The notes beneath the pieces were generated by a model. It searched no databases. It was not told where the DNA came from and was given only the letters and a program-made list of their open reading frames with translations. A program made the translations under genes and the position numbers. Below are positions 48,161-56,567 of a stretch of DNA of 64,000 bases, piece by piece (the first letter of the stretch is position 1; the number at the start of each line of letters is the position of its first letter). The stretch is from Parcubacteria group bacterium Gr01-1014_17 (GTDB lineage: Bacteria; Patescibacteriota; Minisyncoccia; Phycocordibacterales; UBA10002), in the NCBI GenBank assembly GCA_007376285.1, contig VMFZ01000001.1, forward strand, positions 11,033 to 75,032, in the 5' to 3' direction.

Positions 48161-49402
48161 ATGAAGAAATGGTTGAAATCTATATACAGGAAAATCAAAC
48201 CCGCAAGAACATTCTGGACCACTGTTGCAATTGTCTATTTAACAGCGTTGTTTGTGATTATTATGACAAACAGCGACATGAAATTGCTGGGTACAGAACT
48301 ATCGTGGAATTGGGGACGAGCAACTTTCTGGACTTTGTGCTTTTACACATTGCTCAGTTTGCGCGTTGTGAAGGAAGATGAGGTTGGTGCACGGTTATTT
48401 TTCAGAAGACCGTTGCACAACCTTTCTTCCGGGCTTGTTTTCATTCCCCTTGGCTTTTGCCAAATCGTAAAAGAAACACGACTCATCATGCAGGACGAAC
48501 TGCCTGCGCCGCCGGAAAAAATCTGGCGAACTAAAAAAGGCAAGCGCGGCGAAGCATCACCAGAAGCAGATGTGGTGCCTGCCGATAAAGCAAAGGAGGG
48601 GTACAAACCTCCTATTAGGATAACATTCGGAGCACCGAATGTGGAATTACCAGAAAATACTACCGACAAGGTAGAACAAGAACAGAATATTGAAATCAAC
48701 AAACACATTAAGAAAATCAGGGAGGCGCAACAGGGAGAAAATGGTGTGCGTGACCCTTTTGATTTTCGAATGACCGCGGAAGTGTTTCTTATTATTCGGT
48801 GGAGAATAGACGACTTTGTTAGATTTATCTCCACTATCGGCACAATAGATAAAGCGCGGACTCAAATTGAGGATACGGCAACCGCAGCGGTTACTCGGGC
48901 TTTTGCAAAAATCAGCCCAGCAGTGGCGCTCGCGCATTTGGGGACTCAAAGCAAGTATTTACGCGCAGAAATTGAAGAGCGGATAAGCGGAAAGGGTGAG
49001 GAAAAAAAGAGGTTGCCGTGGGGAATAAAAATGGAAACAGCACAAATTAAGCTCATCAATTTCAGCCATGAGTTTAACGATGCGGTACAGGAACGAGCTG
49101 AGGCGGAAGCAATCGCACAAGTGAAAGCTACGGAAGGAAAGGGCGAGGGAGACAAAGAAAAACGGATACTGACTGGAAGGGCGGATGGGTTGAAGCATAT
49201 GGCGAAAGAACTCGGTGTATCATCAGCAGCAGTGCTTGCGTCTGAAACGGCGCGAGCCATTACGCAAAATCCCGGTCAGAAGACAATCATTGCCGGTTCG
49301 GGGGGCCTTGCAGATCTAATGGGAGTTGTTACGGCGTTAGGACAGACACTCGGCGGTGATAAAAACAAAACACAAGAAAAGAAAGGAGATACAAATGTTT
49401 GA
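48161..49402 (+). CDS. SPFH domain membrane protein
   Basis: LRVVKEDEVGARLFF...SGLVFIP, IRWRIDD, WGIKMETAQIK, coiled coil. Confidence 0.8.
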   Translation: MKKWLKSIYRKIKPARTFWTTVAIVYLTALFVIIMTNSDMKLLGTELSWNWGRATFWTLCFYTLLSLRVVKEDEVGARLFFRRPLHNLSSGLVFIPLGFCQIVKETRLIMQDELPAPPEKIWRTKKGKRGEASPEADVVPADKAKEGYKPPIRITFGAPNVELPENTTDKVEQEQNIEINKHIKKIREAQQGENGVRDPFDFRMTAEVFLIIRWRIDDFVRFISTIGTIDKARTQIEDTATAAVTRAFAKISPAVALAHLGTQSKYLRAEIEERISGKGEEKKRLPWGIKMETAQIKLINFSHEFNDAVQERAEAEAIAQVKATEGKGEGDKEKRILTGRADGLKHMAKELGVSSAAVLASETARAITQNPGQKTIIAGSGGLADLMGVVTALGQTLGGDKNKTQEKKGDTNV

Positions 49403-50183
49403 ATTCATCATTCCAGCATTACTTGCGGCGGTTGTTTGGGCGGTATGGTTAAAGCCCACCACGACCAGTAGTGCAATCGCGGGTACAGAAGGACCACCCA
49501 CACCATCTGTTTCGTTGGATACTAAAGTTAAAACGATTGTGAAATGGGCGGTTGGAGTGCTTGGCGGATTGCTCATTATCTACGGCGTGTGGAGCGGGAA
49601 TTGGCGTGCATGGTGGAATGGTTCCGTCACTTATGTTGCAGACACATTGGGGCTATTTGGCCACTATTGGCTCATCGTGCTCGGTGCGGTCGTCTTGCTT
49701 CTTCTGCTTTGTTACGCGGGAGCAAGAGACGGCAAAACCGCTGGCGAGCGAATTGAAAAAGCAATGAAAATTGGTTTCTCCTTCGCAGTCCTTGCGGCGC
49801 TTCTCGCCGTTACCGCAGTGTTCGGCATAATCATTGTCGGACCGCGGTACTTCTGGGGCGAGCCGAGTGTGATTCAGGTTCAGCAACCGGCGACGCAAAG
49901 GCAAGCACAAACGCAGACTTCGTCGCGATCCTTCACCACAACAGCACATCCTGGCGATCCGCAAGACCCGCGCGCTCCGTGGAGCGCGTCAGTTGTCGTA
50001 AATGGCAGGCGTTTCAGCGCCGATGTGGTCGGCGCACAAAGCACGGTACCGATGGCGGTACTTGCAGATGGAGTGGTTCACATAATCGCTCCAGGATTGC
50101 GGCCGCACATTGGTGCGCCGCAAGAAATCCGGTTTCTATCGCTCACCAACTTTCCGCTTCATATAATCGGTACGATTGAGTGA
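49395..50183 (+). CDS. SPFH-associated multi-TM protein with C-terminal beta domain (paralog 1)
   Basis: Overlaps SPFH-2 stop; shares IVGPRYFWGEPSVIQVQQ with 51459-52145. Confidence 0.75.
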   Translation: MFEFIIPALLAAVVWAVWLKPTTTSSAIAGTEGPPTPSVSLDTKVKTIVKWAVGVLGGLLIIYGVWSGNWRAWWNGSVTYVADTLGLFGHYWLIVLGAVVLLLLLCYAGARDGKTAGERIEKAMKIGFSFAVLAALLAVTAVFGIIIVGPRYFWGEPSVIQVQQPATQRQAQTQTSSRSFTTTAHPGDPQDPRAPWSASVVVNGRRFSADVVGAQSTVPMAVLADGVVHIIAPGLRPHIGAPQEIRFLSLTNFPLHIIGTIE

Positions 50184-50259
50184 GTAAACACACAGGCGTT
50201 CGCTGAAAAGCGAACGCCTGATTTTTTATCCGCCTCGCATCTATAGAGCGGATTTTTAC

Positions 50260-50314
50260 TTGATAAAAAGCCCCGACTATGCTAATTTCCTACACAGAGT
50301 TAGACCTTTGACAA
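50260..50314 (+). promoter_or_regulatory. SPFH-3 promoter/leader motif
   Basis: TTGATA-17-TAATTT, ACACAGA, GACCTTTGACAA. Confidence 0.65.
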
Positions 50315-50385
50315 AAGACAACTGTCGCCTCATCGGCGACCCGCCGAAGAGGCGGGAACAAAACTGAAAGAACGGAAAAATTGTT

Positions 50386-51459
50386 ATGAAAATACCGAGA
50401 TTCTTGAAACGATCAACAAACATTTTACTTCTAATTCTTGCAAACCTGCTCGCAGTCCTGTTTGCACAAATCATTCTTCGGAGCGCCTTTGAACCTTCGT
50501 GGTTTCTGACACTTGTTATCAGCACGGTAATTATTCCCATACTGACAACTTCGGGACTCGTGGAAATCCCGATTCAACACGCAGGCGTACCGCTCATATT
50601 CGGAAAACGACAGAAAAACTGGCTTCTTGACGAAGGGCTTAACTGGATTCTTCCTACGCCGTTCATGGGGGTAGAAATTGTTGATGTGCAGGAAAAAACA
50701 ATCCGGATTCCAGCGTCAGAAATTGAAGAAGACGCAAGGCCTCTCATTATTCCCGCAATCAGAGGACTACCTGCTCTTTCAAAAGATGGCAAAGCGGAAG
50801 AAACAACTCTCAACGAAGAAATATGGGGAAAAATCAGGTTCGTGCAGATGAAAGTGCGGCTGGCAATCCGGTATCGGGTGGTTCATCCATACCAGTTTCT
50901 GAGCCAAGAACCCAGCGTGGTGGAACGAGGACTCGGCGATTTGACTATCAAAACGCTCCGACAGAAAGGTTCGGAGATGAGCGACATACAACTCATCCGG
51001 CTCAAAGACACCTTTGAGGCGGACATCATCAAAGAAATGAAAAAAGAACAAGCGTATGAAGGAAGTAAAAAGACAACAGAGGAAAGCCCTTTAGAAAGAT
51101 GGGGCGTTGTTGTTCATAATGTATTCATTCCGCGAATCCTCCACGCCGACCCGGAAATGACAAAAATGTACGAAGCCGCAATGCGTGAAGAACAACAGTG
51201 CACCTCAGAAAACATTGAACAAGAGTTCCTTACCGCAAGTATTGAACGATTGGTCAAAAAAGGACTCACAGCACAAGAGGCACTGCTTGCGATTCAAGCA
51301 GAACGCGGAAAGCTCACGCGGCGTGAAGTGATAATCACGAGCACAGGCGGAGGAGCTGTTGGAGACATTGCCAAAGCAGTTGCGACATACGCAGGACTAC
51401 TTGGCGACCAACCAAAAACAGAACAAAATGAGAATCAAAATCAGAAAGGAGATAACTAA
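50386..51459 (+). CDS. SPFH domain membrane protein
   Basis: VEIPIQHAGVPLIFGKR...LDEGLNWILP, IRYRVVHP, RWGVVVHNVFI. Confidence 0.8.
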   Translation: MKIPRFLKRSTNILLLILANLLAVLFAQIILRSAFEPSWFLTLVISTVIIPILTTSGLVEIPIQHAGVPLIFGKRQKNWLLDEGLNWILPTPFMGVEIVDVQEKTIRIPASEIEEDARPLIIPAIRGLPALSKDGKAEETTLNEEIWGKIRFVQMKVRLAIRYRVVHPYQFLSQEPSVVERGLGDLTIKTLRQKGSEMSDIQLIRLKDTFEADIIKEMKKEQAYEGSKKTTEESPLERWGVVVHNVFIPRILHADPEMTKMYEAAMREEQQCTSENIEQEFLTASIERLVKKGLTAQEALLAIQAERGKLTRREVIITSTGGGAVGDIAKAVATYAGLLGDQPKTEQNENQNQKGDN

Positions 51460-52145
51460 TGACCTTTGCAATCGATAAATGGAAAAAGAATGTGTGGAAA
51501 ATCGCTCTATGGAGCGCGTTTGGTCTTTTGGCAATTAAGTTTGCTATTTGGCCATTACTTCAGGGCACATACGACAAAGTCCGTTCGGTTGGAAAAAAAG
51601 AAATCGGGATTGTTGAATGGTTGCCGAACTTAGGTCCCTATTGGCTCGTAGCACTTGGTGCAGTCGTTTTGTTTCTCCTGCTCATATATGCAGGAGCGAA
51701 AGACGGCAAGACCGCAAGCGAGCGGCTCCAAAAAGCAATCAAGATTGGTTTTGCATTTGCTGGACTTGCGGCGCTTCTCGCCTTTACCGCGTTTCTCGGC
51801 ATTTTCATTGTCGGGCCGCGGTACTTCTGGGGCGAACCGAGCGTCATTCAGGTTCAACAACAGCCGGCGGCGCAGGTGCGGGCATCGGAATTTCCAAAAG
51901 AGTTCCGCGTGTCTGCGCTTCCGGGAAACCCGCAAGACCCAAACGCGCCGTGGAGCGCGCCGATACGGTTTGCAGGGCGGCGCGGAAGTTTCCAACTTGC
52001 GGGCGATTCTGCGCCAATCGCCGTAAAAACAGAAGTGGGCATCCACATAATTACAGTAGGGATGCCCCACCTGGGCACACCAGAGCGATTGCAGTTTCTA
52101 TCACTCACCAACCGCTCCCTTGAAATCACGGGGAGAGTTGAATGA
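51459..52145 (+). CDS. SPFH-associated multi-TM protein (paralog 2)
   Basis: TAATG coupling to SPFH-3; paralog of 49395-50183. Confidence 0.75.
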   Translation: MTFAIDKWKKNVWKIALWSAFGLLAIKFAIWPLLQGTYDKVRSVGKKEIGIVEWLPNLGPYWLVALGAVVLFLLLIYAGAKDGKTASERLQKAIKIGFAFAGLAALLAFTAFLGIFIVGPRYFWGEPSVIQVQQQPAAQVRASEFPKEFRVSALPGNPQDPNAPWSAPIRFAGRRGSFQLAGDSAPIAVKTEVGIHIITVGMPHLGTPERLQFLSLTNRSLEITGRVE

Positions 52146-52190
52146 GAAACACGACAGCCACGACGAAAGTGTCGGGGCTGTTTTTTGTTA

Positions 52191-52448
52191 TCAAAACGGA
52201 CACGCAACTCCTATTGTCCCGCAAATCACCCGCACAATACCTTTCGCTCCGAGCATCACTGCCATCCCGAGTACTCCCCAGAGCATTACCCATCCGCCTT
52301 TTTTGCGCTCCTCCTCGCTATCCAAGTGCGCCAAGAACATATACACCCCCCACGCGAAGGTGAGAGACGCGACCCCGAACATAAGATAAATCAGGGGGTT
52401 CAGAATATTCTCCCCGATTTTGTTGATGAAGGTGTTAATTGCAGCCAT
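52191..52448 (-). CDS. TrbC/VirB2-like pilin
   Basis: TM-loop(DSEEERKKG)-TM hairpin. Confidence 0.7.
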   Translation of the reverse strand: MAAINTFINKIGENILNPLIYLMFGVASLTFAWGVYMFLAHLDSEEERKKGGWVMLWGVLGMAVMLGAKGIVRVICGTIGVACPF

Positions 52449-52451
52449 TAA

Positions 52452-52808
52452 CTAAAAATTGAGCAAACCTGGAACATTCGGTAAGTTTTGACCAGCCCCC
52501 TGACCACCTCCGGTAAATGTGTTTTGCAAAAGCTTTACAAGACCAAAGATTGAAAAAGCAACGAACATACCGATAACCGCGTAAATCATAGTATTACGCG
52601 CTGAAGTTCGCTTTTCTTCATCTCCGCCAGAATTGACATATCCAATCACACCAACAAAGAAATAAATAAGCAAAAGTCCCCCTACAATAGGAATAACGAG
52701 GTTAATGATTTGTCCAACTGTCGTTGCCAAACCTCCTAGATTTCCCGTTTGCGCCAACGCCACAAATGGCACTGCATACAACGCCGCACTGACTAATACT
52801 TTTTTCAT
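52452..52808 (-). CDS. TrbC/VirB2-like pilin
   Basis: Signal peptide ALAQ; GGDEEKRTSARNTMIYAVIG. Confidence 0.8.
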   Translation of the reverse strand: MKKVLVSAALYAVPFVALAQTGNLGGLATTVGQIINLVIPIVGGLLLIYFFVGVIGYVNSGGDEEKRTSARNTMIYAVIGMFVAFSIFGLVKLLQNTFTGGGQGAGQNLPNVPGLLNF

Positions 52809-52993
52809 AATATCCTTTTTAATAAACTAATAAATAATTATGACCTTTTTTTAATGACCGCTTTATATTATATACCATCCAAAAGACCTGCAACAGAGAT
52901 GCTGTGGACAACACCACTCCGCCTCGCTTCGCTCGGCACCCCTCCTCAGTTGAGGAGGGGAAAGGGGTGGTGGTGTTTGATATCGTGGACAAA

Positions 52994-53395
52994 TCAGGGA
53001 AGCCTCGGCACGATTGGGATATCGCCAGGGTTTAGGTGAATAAATGGACTACCGGGTAAGAAAAAGGTGTTGCGCACAAGATTTACTAACCCCCAAACGC
53101 TAAACATCACAAACATACCGATAACGGCATAAATCATATAACTGCGCGCCGCCGCCTGTTTTTCTTCATTGTCGGCTTTGAGGACATACTGGATAATTCC
53201 CCAGAAGAACCAAATGAGCGCCAAAGCGCCGACGATAAAACTGACTAAACTCAGAAGGTCTAGCAATATAAGAACAATGTTGCCGAGCGGGGTTCGCGCC
53301 GCAGGGTTGAGCAAGAGTTGAGTGCGAAGCGGTTGCGCGAATACAAAGAGAGGTAGAATAAATAACAAAAAAGAAGAAAAGATAAATTTTTTCAT
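52994..53395 (-). CDS. TrbC/VirB2-like pilin
   Basis: Signal peptide VFAQ; ADNEEKQAAARSYMIYAVIG. Confidence 0.8.
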   Translation of the reverse strand: MKKFIFSSFLLFILPLFVFAQPLRTQLLLNPAARTPLGNIVLILLDLLSLVSFIVGALALIWFFWGIIQYVLKADNEEKQAAARSYMIYAVIGMFVMFSVWGLVNLVRNTFFLPGSPFIHLNPGDIPIVPRLP

Positions 53396-53399
53396 ATAT

Positions 53400-53720
53400 T
53401 TAATTGCAGTTGCCGGGGCCAAGCAAGCTTAAACAAATAATTTTGGCTGCGCCCCAATACACCAATAACGCCGCAAGACCGAGAACTCCGAAAAGCGCCG
53501 TTTGTTTGAACGCGCTCATTTTTTTCTCATCTCCACCGCCTCCCGCTCCGATATATCCGGCTATTTTTGCAAATACGACAAACCAAGCAAGAATGAGAAT
53601 GGCAAAAAGCGCCACATTAATATGGTCCAGCGTTAAATTAATCAACCCTTTAAAATCGGTTGGTGCGGCGAGGGCAAAAGATGGGGCAAATGCAAGAAGT
53701 GTTGGAAATAATTTCTTCAT
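53400..53720 (-). CDS. TrbC/VirB2-like pilin
   Basis: Signal peptide ALAA; GGDEKKMSAFKQTALFGVLG. Confidence 0.75.
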   Translation of the reverse strand: MKKLFPTLLAFAPSFALAAPTDFKGLINLTLDHINVALFAILILAWFVVFAKIAGYIGAGGGGDEKKMSAFKQTALFGVLGLAALLVYWGAAKIICLSLLGPGNCN

Positions 53721-53721
53721 T

Positions 53722-54102
53722 TTATTTCAACGAATTGATAGTGGTTTCCAAGATTGTTGCAAGCGCTTGCGCACCAAGCAATATCGCCGTGCCGATGACT
53801 GCGTATAAAATCGCTTTTTTTGCATCTTTGTGCTTTTCTTCGTTGCCGCCAGCGGTCACAAACAAAAATCCAGCGTAAATAATGAAAAATACTGCGACCA
53901 CGCCACCTATATCGGAAACAATCACGAGTATCTTCGCCGCAAGCGCTTGAAAGGTTGTGGTTGCACCGAGTGGGTTTGGTAAGGTGGTTAAACCCCCACC
54001 GGTAACTCCAGTACCTCCTCCGGTAACGCCTGTGTGTTGTGTAGCGGACGCCTCTCCAGCGGAAAGCAGAAACCCTATTATTACCCAAAATGTCTTTTGC
54101 AT
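53722..54102 (-). CDS. TrbC/VirB2-like pilin
   Basis: LPNPL; YAGFLFVTAGGNEEKHKDAKKAILYAVIG. Confidence 0.82.
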   Translation of the reverse strand: MQKTFWVIIGFLLSAGEASATQHTGVTGGGTGVTGGGLTTLPNPLGATTTFQALAAKILVIVSDIGGVVAVFFIIYAGFLFVTAGGNEEKHKDAKKAILYAVIGTAILLGAQALATILETTINSLK

Positions 54103-54124
54103 AGTGTTAAGTATATCACGAGGA

Positions 54125-54161
54125 GGCACCAGATGTTTGCCGCCTATCAACATCTGGTGCC
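54125..54161. repeat. Family A palindrome (empty form)
   Basis: ggcaccagatgtttgccgcctatcaacatctggtgcc. Confidence 0.9.
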
Positions 54162-54176
54162 ACTTCCCTACCACAA

Positions 54177-54671
54177 TCAACCCCCAAGAAAAGAGAAGGC
54201 ACTTGGAACACCGAGTCCAATCAAAATCAATTTGACAATAAGCCATGCAGAAAGCATCCAGACAAAACCCCATACGACTGGCATAAACATTCCGCGTCCT
54301 TTTTCCATTTTGGATTCATTGCCCCCTGCGGTCAAAATGAGAAACCCGGCATAGGCAAACACCAGCGCGGCAATTGAACCGCCAATCATAATCAGAAAGT
54401 TAATGATATTATTGATGCCGATGATGAAGTGGCGAAATTCGCAGGGGTTTGAGATCTCTTCGTACGAACCAGTCGCACCAGTTACAGTCCGTGTCTCCGT
54501 TCCGCACGGCACGATTGGGGCGGCGTGGGCAAAGATAGGTAAAATCACAAAAATAGAAATTAGTGCGAGTATATACATCCTCCGTCTCCCTACGGGAGAC
54601 ACCTCCCTCAAGGGAGGATTTTCTTTACTCCCCCTTTGAAGGGGGGTTGGGGGGATGTGATTTTTATTCAT
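54177..54671 (-). CDS. TrbC/VirB2-like pilin with VPC...C motif (alternative start 54578)
   Basis: IVPCG...PC; YAGFLILTAGGNESKMEKGR; ATGA coupling to upstream gene. Confidence 0.78.
   Translation of the reverse strand: MNKNHIPPTPLQRGSKENPPLREVSPVGRRRMYILALISIFVILPIFAHAAPIVPCGTETRTVTGATGSYEEISNPCEFRHFIIGINNIINFLIMIGGSIAALVFAYAGFLILTAGGNESKMEKGRGMFMPVVWGFVWMLSAWLIVKLILIGLGVPSAFSFLGG
54575..54658. mobile_element. MITE-like 84-bp element with ACATCC...GGATGT termini (family F)
   Basis: Homologous to 63301-63385 and 63758-63846. Confidence 0.7.
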
Positions 54672-55948
54672 CTTAATAATCTCTCTAACCCGCTCCGCAG
54701 GTCGCCGACGCCATTAGTAAGCTGTCCTCTACCGCCGGTAATATCTTCAACGACCGACTGGAATAATTTGGTCGTTTCGGTCGGATTCGGGTCAAGGAAA
54801 CTCCGCGCCTGTAAGGCCGCTTCGTAAAACACCGATTTCGCCGCGCTCTCTTGCTTGCGCTCTAAAAGCGCGCGGAGCGGCGGCACGGTGCCGAGTGCAT
54901 TGGCTAAGGTAACCGACCTTTGAGAATCCGCGAGTGCAAACCCGAGTCGTATCGCTCCGCCCGGATTTTTTCCGGTTTTCAGCGCAGCCAACCCCCATGT
55001 TTTGCCGAACGAAACCGTGAGCTTTGAATCCCGCGTCTGCGGAAACGGCGTTGCCGACATATTCAAATGCGGATTTTTCTCGCGAAGCCCTGCATATTCC
55101 GACGCAAAGCCGAAATAAAGCGCGAGGTCTCCAGACGCAAACATATTGTGCGATTGTGGAAGCCCGCGGTTCCAGGTGTAAAGCTTTTTTACTGGGTTCG
55201 CAAACTCCGTGAAAAACCCGAGTGCGCTTCCAGCATTTGCCCAGTCCTCAAGCGAAACCGCGAATCCTTCCGTTCCGCCCGCCTGTACGGGCAGGCGCGA
55301 AACAAGCTTGCCGCCGCTTTGGAAAAAGAGCGCCGAGAGAATCTCTTTTGCATTGGTAATGTTCCGAAATTCTCCAAGCGACACCGCCGCGCTCTGAATT
55401 TGCCCCAGCCGGTTGCGCACGACAAGCCGCGGCGTACCGGTAATCAATTCATCCCAATAGCGCGGCGGTCGCGCAATGTTTGCCGCACCAAACCGGTCGC
55501 GATTCCAATATGCGACCAGCGGGTCTACCGTAAGAGGGACCGCGATGGCTCCAGTTGTGCTCAAAAACACTTCTGCAGCTTCTACAAACGAGTCCTTAAA
55601 CTTCCGCTCCGAAAGCGTATCTAAAGGAATCGGCACAATTTTGTCGCCATGCCGCACCACGAGGTCGGATGGTAAAATAATTGCATCAGGACCTCTCCCT
55701 GCCGCGAGCGCTTCTATAAACTCCTGCTCAAACTTGTCTGCGCGAATCTCAGTGTATGTAAGCTTAAAATCATCTCCAGAAAAATCTGCTGTCGCGGTGG
55801 AAAACGCAGAACTCGGAAACGAGCCCCATACATCAAGCACCGCTGGTCCGCCACCCGCGGGCGTGCCTTTGAAAAGAGAAAAAGCAACCAGACCGCCAAT
55901 GGCGGCTATCACAAAAACAGCGAGCAAAATTATTTGAAATGGTCTCAT
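54668..55948 (-). CDS. Extracellular solute-binding protein (sugar ABC SBP-like), TM-anchored
   Basis: LDVWG, ALAAGRGPD, PLTVDPLVAYWNRD, MFASGDLALYFG. Confidence 0.85.
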   Translation of the reverse strand: MRPFQIILLAVFVIAAIGGLVAFSLFKGTPAGGGPAVLDVWGSFPSSAFSTATADFSGDDFKLTYTEIRADKFEQEFIEALAAGRGPDAIILPSDLVVRHGDKIVPIPLDTLSERKFKDSFVEAAEVFLSTTGAIAVPLTVDPLVAYWNRDRFGAANIARPPRYWDELITGTPRLVVRNRLGQIQSAAVSLGEFRNITNAKEILSALFFQSGGKLVSRLPVQAGGTEGFAVSLEDWANAGSALGFFTEFANPVKKLYTWNRGLPQSHNMFASGDLALYFGFASEYAGLREKNPHLNMSATPFPQTRDSKLTVSFGKTWGLAALKTGKNPGGAIRLGFALADSQRSVTLANALGTVPPLRALLERKQESAAKSVFYEAALQARSFLDPNPTETTKLFQSVVEDITGGRGQLTNGVGDLRSGLERLLR

Positions 55949-56472
55949 GGCTTACGGAAAATTATAGCATAATGATTAGAACCAGCCGCAATCTCTCTTT
56001 CAAACGCCAGACCCGCGCTCTCAAAAACCTCTTGCGCTTTTTGTTTGGAAACCACTGCAGAAGGCGCTGGCCCCGCACCGCCAAATGAGCCCGACCAATC
56101 AACCACGAGCGCTCTACCTCGCGGCTTTATAATGCGCGCGGCTTCGCGCGCAAGCCCTGTCTTGTCAAGCGCTTGAAACAAAATGTTCGCAATAATCGCG
56201 GCATCGCACGCGCCGCTAGCCAAGTGCGTCCCGTTTTCTTGCTCCGCATCGCCCCATACTGCTTCTATATTGTGCACGCTTTTTGAGCGCGCTTCGCGTT
56301 CAAGTCGCGACAAAAGTTCTTTCTGCACTTCCACAGCAAACACTTTGCCGTGCTCGCCAACTGCCTTTGCCGCGGCAAGCGCATACGCGCCACTCCCCGC
56401 GCCCACATCCGCCACACGCGAGCCGGATTGCAGGTCTAGTTGAGAAATGATTTTTTGTGGATTACTGAACAT
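55945..56472 (-). CDS. Class I SAM-dependent methyltransferase
   Basis: VADVGAGSG motif I; KPRGRALVVDW. Confidence 0.9.
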   Translation of the reverse strand: MFSNPQKIISQLDLQSGSRVADVGAGSGAYALAAAKAVGEHGKVFAVEVQKELLSRLEREARSKSVHNIEAVWGDAEQENGTHLASGACDAAIIANILFQALDKTGLAREAARIIKPRGRALVVDWSGSFGGAGPAPSAVVSKQKAQEVFESAGLAFEREIAAGSNHYAIIFRKP

Positions 56473-56486
56473 AAAGCTTTCGCTTT

Positions 56487-56556
56487 GCGCACCAGAAATT
56501 TCGTCCGCTTTACCCTCTCTACGGGGGTCCTACGCGATACGAAATTTCTGGTGCGC
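56487..56556. repeat. Intergenic inverted repeat with perfect 18-bp arms
   Basis: gcgcaccagaaatttcgt...acgaaatttctggtgcgc. Confidence 0.85.
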
Positions 56557-56567
56557 TTCGCTCAAGA

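Noticed and set aside
46714-52145. Prophage or IS origin for the accessory island
   Set aside because: No integrase, transposase, structural genes or att duplications are recognisable.
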